Notes under the pieces: model-generated
Told to the model about the DNA's origin: nothing
Database searches by the model: none
The model's input: the letters and a program-made list of their open reading frames with translations, nothing else
Source of the DNA: Octopus bimaculoides
Lineage: Eukaryota
Reading direction: 5' to 3'
DNA length: 34,121 bases
NCBI RefSeq assembly: GCF_001194135.2
Contig: NC_068984.1
Span: 19,839,289-19,873,409 of the forward strand
In this document: piece after piece, positions 26,039 through 34,121 of the stretch
Numbering within the stretch: position 1 is the first letter of the stretch
Layout of the letters: every line of letters starts with the position of its first letter
Translations under genes and position numbers: made by a program

Positions 26039-26100
26039 CTGACATAAATATGTATTCATCCAGTTGGTGAATGTCTTCTTTTGGACTCTTTCTTGTTCAT
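26039..26100 (-). CDS. SYNE1: Nesprin-1-like CH1 exon A (62 nt): (D)EQERVQKKTFTNWMNTYLCQ
   Basis: Acceptor ttcatttcAG|AT and donor CAG|GTATAA read on the minus strand. QKKTFTNW is the ABS1 motif of spectrin-family actin-binding domains. Starts in phase 1 and ends in phase 0. Not in the ORF track. Confidence 0.92.
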
Positions 26101-26179
26101 CTGAAATGAAAAATAATTATATATTTAATTACAGGTTTTTTTTTTTGTTGAGACAACAACAACAGCAACAACAACAATC

Positions 26180-26612
26180 ATCCTTTTTACTATGAGCACA
26201 AGGACTGAAATTTTTTAGGGGAGGGAGCTAGTTGATTACACCAACCCCAGTGCGCAACTGGTACTTATTTCATCAACTTCCAAAAAAATGAAAGGTAAAG
26301 CCGACCTCAGCAGAATTTGGACTCAGACCATACAGACAGATGAAATGCAGCTAAGCATTTTGTCCAATATGCTAATGATTCTATAAGCTCACCACTTTAA
26401 TAATAAAAATATTAATCCTTCTTATTAAAGGCACATGGTCTGAAATTTGGGGGAGGGGACTGGTCGATTACATCAACCCCAGCATTTCACTGGTACTTAA
26501 TTTATCAACCCTGAAAGGATGAAAGGCAAAGTTGACTGCAGCAGAATTTGAACTCAGAACATAAGGACAGACTTGCCCGGTGTGCTAACGATTCTGCCAG
26601 CTCGCCACCTTA
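26180..26612 (-). mobile_element. Two tandem family A SINEs
   Basis: Two reverse-complement bodies ending ctcaccactttaa (about 26400) and ctcgccacctta (about 26612). Confidence 0.8.
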
Positions 26613-26621
26613 ATAATAATA

Positions 26622-27067
26622 AAAATATAAACAAAGACCAATAGGCTGGATGTAGTTGTCAGAGATCACCAAGAAAAAAATGCTTTCTAATTGACATATC
26701 AATCGATATACCTACAGATGAAAACGTTTCTCTAAAAGAAATGGAGAAACTTTCAAAATACAAAGATCTGGAAATAGAGGTAACTTGAATGTGGAGTCTA
26801 AAAACAGAAACAATTCCTATTATAGTAGCTGCATGAGGTATGATAAGAAAAACATTCAGACAAATACATAAACAAAAACACCAGGATTTACAAGTATATA
26901 TAACATACAGAAAATAGCACTACTAAGCACTGCACACATCCTATGTAAAACACTTTCAATACAGTGAAAATAAGAGCACCACAACAAAACCACAGCACAT
27001 ACCCAAGGCACACAAAGCTGCGCCCAGTAGTGCAGTGAAAGCACTTGATGAAAATAAGACTACTGAA
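26622..27067 (+). mobile_element. R4/Dong-like non-LTR retrotransposon 3' fragment 1 (RLE endonuclease)
   Basis: NRLDVVVRD...CFLIDIS/PTDENVSLKEMEKLSKYKDLEIEV.*MW.LKTETIPII...IQKIALLSTAHIL; contains stops and frameshifts; flanked by TAA runs. Confidence 0.8.
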
Positions 27068-27071
27068 TAAC

Positions 27072-27117
<46 letters not shown>

Positions 27118-27118
<1 letters not shown>

Positions 27119-28690
27119 CTACAGAGTATCTCAACAGGCATGATAGAGCTGCACAATATATTCACTGGGTAATATGCAAAAACCTGGACTTGCCCCATGA
27201 TAAAAACTGGTGGGAACACAAACCACCCCCAGTACTTGAAAATGATCACATTGCACTCCTCTGGAACTTCACCATTCAAACTGACAGAAAGATAGACGCA
27301 AATAGGCCAGACATCATACTGAAAGACTTCAGACAAAAATCATGCCTCCTCATTGATATGACTGTCCCAATTGATATAAACGTATCTGTCAAGACCTACC
27401 AAAAACTGAGCAAATATAAAGATCTTGAAATAGAAATTAGCAAAATGTGGAATCTGAAGACGAAAACAATACNNNNNNNNNNNNNNNNNNNNNNNNNNNN
27501 NNNNNNNNNNNNNNNNNNNNNNNNNNNNNNNNNNNNNNNNNNNNNNNNNNNNNNNNNNNNNNNNNNNNNNNNNNNNNNNNNNNNNNNNNNNNNNNNNNNN
27601 NNNNNNNNNNNNNNNNNNNNNNNNNNNNNNNNNNNNNNNNNNNNNNNNNNNNNNNNNNNNNNNNNNNNNNNNNNNNNNNNNNNNNNNNNNNNNNNNNNNN
27701 NNNNNNNNNNNNNNNNNNNNNNNNNNNNNNNNNNNNNNNNNNNNNNNNNNNNNNNNNNNNNNNNNNNNNNNNNNNNNNNNNNNNNNNNNNNNNNNNNNNN
27801 NNNNNNNNNNNNNNNNNNNNNNNNNNNNNNNNNNNNNNNNNNNNNNNNNNNNNNNNNNNNNNNNNNNNNNNNNNNNNNNNNNNNNNNNNNNNNNNNNNNN
27901 NNNNNNNNNNNNNNNNNNNNNNNNNNNNNNNNNNNNNNNNNNNNNNNNNNNNNNNNNNNNNNNNNNNNNNNNNNNNNNNNNNNNNNNNNNNNNNNNNNNN
28001 NNNNNNNNNNNNNNNNNNNNNNNNNNNNNNNNNNNNNNNNNNNNNNNNNNNNNNNNNNNNNNNNNNNNNNNNNNNNNNNNNNNNNNNNNNNNNNNNNNNN
28101 NNNNNNNNNNNNNNNNNNNNNNNNNNNNNNNNNNNNNNNNNNNNNNNNNNNNNNNNNNNNNNNNNNNNNNNNNNNNNNNNNNNNNNNNNNNNNNNNNNNN
28201 NNNNNNNNNNNNNNNNNNNNNNNNNNNNNNNNNNNNNNNNNNNNNNNNNNNNNNNNNNNNNNNNNNNNNNNNNNNNNNNNNNNNNNNNNNNNNNNNNNNN
28301 NNNNNNNNNNNNNNNNNNNNNNNNNNNNNNNNNNNNNNNNNNNNNNNNNNNNNNNNNNNNNNNNNNNNNNNNNNNNNNNNNNNNNNNNNNNNNNNNCTAC
28401 CTAGATCAGATTCCAGGAAACCCCAAACTGGCTGAAGTTCAAAAGATAGTGCTCATGGGAACTGCCCATATCCTACGTAAAATACTGTCTATGTGATCTC
28501 AAATTTTAAAGCAAACACATAATTTTCTTATGGTTTCTTAAACATTCACTTGAACAAAACTGTACAAATCCAAATATATGGTACCCTAGGCATAACACCT
28601 ACATGAACTTCTAACTTGTTGTCTCTTGAGGTCTCTGGGTGAGACTTGGATCCAACTTGTACAAATGCAAAACAAAAGTCAAACATAAAA
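27118..28690 (+). mobile_element. R4/Dong-like 3' fragment 2, different subfamily, interrupted by N gap 27473-28396
   Basis: PTEYLNRHDRAAQYIHWVIC...LLWNFTIQTDRKIDANRPDIILKD...LIDMTVP...KLSKYKDLEIEI (PD...D.....K endonuclease motif); resumes YLDQIPGNP...QKIVLMGTAHILRKILSM* (stop ends 28496). Confidence 0.88.
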
Positions 28691-28705
28691 TAATAATAAT
28701 AATAA

Positions 28706-29260
28706 ATGTCCCGATGCAGTACCAGGCAGTGGCTCTCATGGCTTCTGGTCTTAACTGATTGGAAATGTTATCATATACATTGTATTGTCTAGGTATAAAA
28801 GATGGGCTACAGCAAATATTCTGCCGAAAACTACAGATTTGCTTGTCAGTTGTTTGACCTTAACCAGTTGAGCATGTCCCTTGGTGGCTGACGATATGTG
28901 CATCTCTGATCACGAGCAGAAGTAGTGGGGGAGCATCATAGCCATGTGTTGAGAGGAAATCTTTGGGGTTTAAACAATTCACCTTTGGAAACATGGATGT
29001 TTCATTCAACATCCTTAAACAAACCTTATTCAGGGACCTTTGAGTGAGATAGACTACTTGACCAGAAGAAAATTCTAACTGGGTCCCACCTGCAAGGTCA
29101 TGCACTGTTTATCCTGATATGAGATCACCATGTCACGCACATATGATTGTAATGCATGTGCCTGGTGTACCCTTATCAGACGGGTAGTCATGACGGGTAT
29201 ACTGGGCTTTGTATATTTTACCTCAGTGTCACTTTGATGGCATGCACTGCTCTCTTACTC
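28706..29260 (+). mobile_element. Unclassified repeat family E ending at an (AAT)n run
   Basis: Homologous to 18478-18750 in reverse; bounded by TAA runs at 28689-28705 and 29261-29328. Confidence 0.7.
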
Positions 29261-29328
<68 letters not shown>

Positions 29329-29329
<1 letters not shown>

Positions 29330-29597
29330 CAGAGAAATTGGAAAAATATGTCAGAGAAATTGGAATTGACATGAGAGCAGAGAAAGCCCAAAAAACTGCT
29401 TTGCTGAGGACAGCTGGGGTTTTGAGACTAGTACTTGGGTGGTCAATTTCTCCCACGATAATTAACAACCCATTATCAAAGATTATAATATGCAGAAAGA
29501 GATCCTGTGAGACTTCTGACAACAGGCTGCTGTCCTCTCTCAAAGAATCAACCAGAGCAAACAAGACTAAGCACTCTGAGAAGTAAAACAATAATAA
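29329..29597 (+). mobile_element. R4/Dong-like 3' fragment 3, third subfamily
   Basis: PEKLEKYVREIGIDMRAEKAQKTALLRTAGVLRLVLG parallels QKIALL.TAHIL of fragments 1-2; preceded by (AAT)n and ends in aataataat. Confidence 0.7.
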
Positions 29598-30354
29598 TTC
29601 TTTCTAATTCCGGCACAAGACCAGCACTTTTAGGGTGGAGGGTCAGTCAATTACATCAAACTTAGTACTTGACCGGTACTTAATTTTGTTGACACTAAAA
29701 GGATGAAAGGCAAAGTTGACCTCATTGAACTCAGGATATAAAGAGCTAGAAAACCTGCTAGAAATAGCAACCAAATTTCCATCAAATCACATCCTACCAA
29801 AATAAAAGAAGGGAAGGTTACATTGGACAGTGTAGTTCTAGATACACAAAAAGAAGAGATGGATCTGGTAAGAATACTTTCAATCCTGATGACTAAATAA
29901 TAACAAATGATAAGAAAATGTCAAGTTGAGAAATTGCTAGAAATCATAGGCATCATCATCATCATCATCATCATCGCCGCAGCGGTGGTGTTTGTGGTGT
30001 TGGTGGTGGTGGTGGTGTTTGTGGTGTTGGTTGTGGTGCTGGTAATGATTACAGCAGATATAATGATGTTGATGATACCCTCAAAGTAAAAAACTAACAA
30101 CAATCAAATAAACCATAGAAATCCTTAAAATGTAAAAGAAAAACTGAAATATGTCAATTTTTTTTAATTGATCTGCAAATTCTAAATTAAAATAAAATTA
30201 ACAATTCTGTCTGTTTCTTCACATTAATTTTCTTCATATTTCATAAATTCTTTCATTCTTCCTAATTCATTCCTCCACTAACTGCTCATTTTACAAGAAT
30301 TTTCTTACAAATACACTCTTTAACTGGGCACTGATGACAACAAGAATGTTGCGG

Positions 30355-30620
30355 ACATCATCATCATCATTATCATTGTTACCACTCCCATCACCCTCAT
30401 CAACAACACCATCACTACCTTCTTTTAATGTCCATCTTCCATGCAGGTACAGGTTGGACAGTTTGACTGGATCTGATGGGAAGGGGAACTGCATCCTGCT
30501 TTAATGTCTGCTTTGGCATGGTTTCTACTGCTGGATGCCATTCCTAACACCAACTGCTTTTCAGAGTAGACTACGTGTTTTTCTTTGTGGCACCAGCACT
30601 AGTGAGGTTGCCATATATGT
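30355..30620 (-). mobile_element. Old family C retroposon
   Basis: (CAT)n tail, then ttttaatgtccatcttccatgc...ttggcatggtttctactgctggatgcc. Confidence 0.65.
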
Positions 30621-32023
30621 TGCAAGCCTAAGATTCTCTTTGACTTAGTAGAGAGAAGTGGGGGGGAGCTTTAAGCGAGGTGAAGAAAGGTTAAAGTATG
30701 AAGAAAGGGGCTAGAAGAAGTTACTAGCTGCAGAGGAAATATATGACTGTTCATGTTATGCAAGAGTGGGTAGGAGTGGGAGCTGGAAAGGGAAACACAG
30801 TTGGTTTAAAGGGACGAAAAGACCCTACTAAGTTTATATTATTATCTAAATTGTTGATTTATATATGCTTTATTTATAATTAATTTTGGTTGGGGTGATT
30901 AAGGAATAAAAATTTTAGGTTAAAGTAATTTCCTTAATTTGTAATTTGGTAATGATGAGGTGGCAGGGTGCATCCTGGGGACAGAAGAACAAGAAGGGTG
31001 GATGGGTAGCTGTTGCAAGATTGTATGGAGAGAGTGAAGGCTGGTTAGAGATGAAGAAAGGGTGATTATACTGAATGATAAATCAAGGTCGAGTGGAGAC
31101 GGGGTCAGTGATAAATATAAGTTGAATAGAAGGTAGGGGAGAGGATATGAAAACTAGAAATAGGTTGGACAGGGGTATATCTCATAAGCCAGCAAATGAG
31201 GTATAGAAGGCTAAAACTAGCAAAGTAAATGACTGCATTTCTCAAGGGTAACCATGTAATAGTAAACAAGATAAAAAAACATTTATGGAGCTTTTGAATG
31301 AAATTTTCACTGTATGCTATCTGGAGTGACAGAGATAGAGGATATGTTTACTGAATACATTTTTTGTAAGAGTTATTCTGAAACAGAGAAAAAAACTATT
31401 CAGTCTTGGGTGTAATCATGGTTGGATGGTTAAGATGTTTGCTTTGCAATCACGTGGTTCCAGGTTCAATCCTAATATACAGCATATTAGGCAAGCATTT
31501 TCTACTAAACACCTGAGTAAATAGATATGAACAGAATTTAATTTACAGATACTGTGCAGAAACTCATTATTTGTATATGTACATGTGTATATGAGTGTAT
31601 GTATGTGCATGTATATATTACATAATGCGTGTGTATATGTGTACACACACGCACACACACACACACACATGTATATATATTTTTGATATGTCTGTGTATG
31701 TGTGTTCATGTCTGTATGTTTATATTTAACTAGAAGCCAGTGTTGTCATTAATGTTGCATCCTTTTATGCCTTGTAACTTAGCAATGTGACAAATAAAGA
31801 TTGATAAAATAAGAAAATAAGTACTAAACTGAAATAATTACTGGGGACAATACAATTGACTAAAAACGTTTGAAGGTGGTGGAGACTCCAGTTCAATGAG
31901 TGAAACCACAAAAAAAATAGAATAAAAAAAATTTGATATTATTATTATTCTATATTTTTGAGATGAGGAATTATGTACATTATTTACAATGGACAGATAG
32001 GTGTCCTTACCTTGTCTGTAGTT

Positions 32024-32069
32024 ATCACAATGTTTCAGCTGATGTACTCTCCAGCTTTCATCAGATGTT
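32024..32069 (-). ncRNA. Minimal type I hammerhead ribozyme-like motif (left arm), degenerate
   Basis: AACAT-CTGATGA-A-AGCTG-gagagtacat-CAGCT-GAAA-CA-T-T-GTGAT; stem II is a perfect 5 bp. Confidence 0.6.
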
Positions 32070-32099
32070 CTGGTGGAATTTCGAACCCATTTCCACCAG

Positions 32100-32145
32100 A
32101 ACACCTGATGAAGGCTGGAGAGAACATCAGCTGAAATGTTGTGAT
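32100..32145 (+). ncRNA. Minimal type I hammerhead ribozyme-like motif (right arm), degenerate
   Basis: AACAC-CTGATGA-A-GGCTG-gagagaacat-CAGCT-GAAA-TG-T-T-GTGAT. Confidence 0.6.
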
Positions 32146-32505
32146 AGCAACAAACAAGGTTAGGACATCTATCCGTCCTTTGTAAATAATTTAATATTAT
32201 TTGATATTACAGGTGAAATATTCTTAGAAATATATAAAGATGACAACTTGAAATGGAAGCATGTTAAATATGTTTGATGGAAAGAAGACTTAGAAGTCTA
32301 TGAGGGTGGTGGAGTGATTTTAGAAAAGAATGGGACAGTATTTCATTCATATTCTTTCTATGACATCAGAAAATGGCAGGATTCAAATAAAAACAGAAAA
32401 TATTTGCAAAGACTTTGTCAGCTATTATTGTCATAGAGTTGATAGTCTTCTGTTAATGCTTGAAATAACATCAGAGAAAGTATGCATATCTGTCAGTATG
32501 TGTGT

Positions 32506-32561
<56 letters not shown>

Positions 32562-32601
32562 TTGCATGTATGAATGTATGTATGTATGCATGCATGCATG
32601 C

Positions 32602-32637
<36 letters not shown>

Positions 32638-32835
32638 NNNNNNNNNNNNNNNNNNNNNNNNNNNNNNNNNNNNNNNNNNNNNNNNNNNNNNNNNNNNNNN
32701 NNNNNNNNNNNNNNNNNNNNNNNNNNNNNNNNNNNNNNNNNNNNNNNNNNNNNNNNNNNNNNNNNNNNNNNNNNNNNNNNNNNNNNNNNNNNNNNNNNNN
32801 NNNNNNNNNNNNNNNNNNNNNNNNNNNNNNNNNNN

Positions 32836-32892
<57 letters not shown>

Positions 32893-34052
32893 ATATGTGG
32901 TGGGGGTGATACGGACAGGAAAATAAAAAACTCAATACATGAATATATGAGCCAATGCACAAAACTCCAGGCTATTGAATCACTTTATAATTATTGCCAA
33001 TTAAATTACACACACATCATAATAAATGATTGAAGATTTAGACTCGTTGTGATGGCATGCGTGTGTGTGTGCATGTGCATTTGTCTGTATATGTGAAAAT
33101 GTATGAGAAAACATATACATGGGTATGAGAGAGAAAGATAGTCCAAATGGGATCAAAAGAGACCTTATGAAATGAAAAGATGAGATATGACAGAGAGGAG
33201 GAAAATGAGAAGATGTAACAGATAAATGGGAATAAATCAGAGTAATGGAGAAAGACAACAAATGTGAGACAGAGAGAGAGAAGGGGAAAGAGACAAAAGT
33301 AAAAAGAGAGTAACTGTCAGAGAGAGCTACGTACAGACAGTGAGAACAACATTGAAAGAGAGAGAGAGAGGATAAGACAGAGAGAGAGAACGATGTAGAA
33401 AGAGAGAGAGATCTTATATATGTATAAAAATGATATTTACAATTTAATAAATCCAGTTGAATACAATCTGTACAGAATATCATTCTGTAATATTCTGAGC
33501 TTTGGAGGGAAAAAAAATAATAATGGAAGATGAAAAGTCGATTTTCTCGGAGCAAGGTACTGTCACAAATTGAGACAAATGGCTTCTCTTCAAATGTTTT
33601 ATATAAAGCTATTTTAGTTATAATTTCTTTAGCTTTTGCTTAAATAAAGGTGAAAAAAAAACACAGCTCAATAGAAAGGCTGTTTTATGCATAGTTTTTC
33701 AAGTGGGGGTGATGTGGCTAAGTTTCAGCTGACCAAAGTATGAAAACCGGTCGCACACAAATGCAAATGACAAAGAATTAAAAAGTATTTCAGGGAAGGT
33801 GGAGAATGTGACTGAGAAATGTTCGCAACAACGGAAAATGAAATGAATCAAAGAACAAGGACTCCATTTATTTCTTTCAACAACCACAAAACAATGTTTT
33901 GTAGAAAAACAGAAATAAAATTAAAATGTCAACCTACTTGTAAATATGCAACCTGTTGAATATTGAATAGCAGTTTCTGTTGCACGTTAATTATAAACAA
34001 TGTTACCATTGTTAATAGAACCAGTGTATACCTGCCAGTATCATTATAAGAG

Positions 34053-34057
<5 letters not shown>

Positions 34058-34121
<64 letters not shown>
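34058..34121. repeat. (GA)n microsatellite running off the window end
   Basis: Direct reading. Confidence 0.95.

Larger units (their letters stand above)
31938..32190. mobile_element. Inverted head-to-head pair of Penelope-like terminal-repeat fragments
   Basis: Arms 31979-32078 and 32091-32190 are reverse complements with 12 mismatches in 100 nt; the left copy extends to an AAT tail at about 31938. Penelope assignment is inferred from the hammerhead motif and inverted arrangement. Confidence 0.6.

Noticed and set aside
32005-32014. Strong minus-strand donor CAAG|GTAAGG in the left palindrome arm
   Set aside because: No convincing matching acceptor or frame; it would be buried in the hairpin.
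33100-33420. GA-rich tract giving the 184-aa ORF 33001-33555
   Set aside because: Degenerate purine microsatellite; Ser/Leu/Phe-rich low complexity.

Overview
Eukaryotic, AT-rich, microsatellite-dense draft-assembly DNA with six N gaps. The SINE and microsatellite repertoire resembles an octopus (coleoid cephalopod) genome as I recall it; this is inference. The window holds four minus-strand coding exons (26039-26100, 19251-19346, 4482-4565, 1879-1971) that splice with GT-AG sites into the complete first calponin-homology (CH1) domain of a nesprin-1/SYNE1/Msp300-type protein. Three of these exons are absent from the ORF track. The introns contain an RTE-like RT fragment, a near full-length DD41D-type Tc1/mariner fossil, a decayed piggyBac transposase, TTAA MITEs, a Helentron/HINE-like element, many SINEs, and a chain of R4/Dong-like retroelements stacked in (TAA)n. 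The most unusual structure is a 100-bp-arm palindrome at 31979-32190 in which each arm carries a minimal type I hammerhead-ribozyme motif of the Penelope-associated kind. Most long ORFs in the track are microsatellite artefacts.
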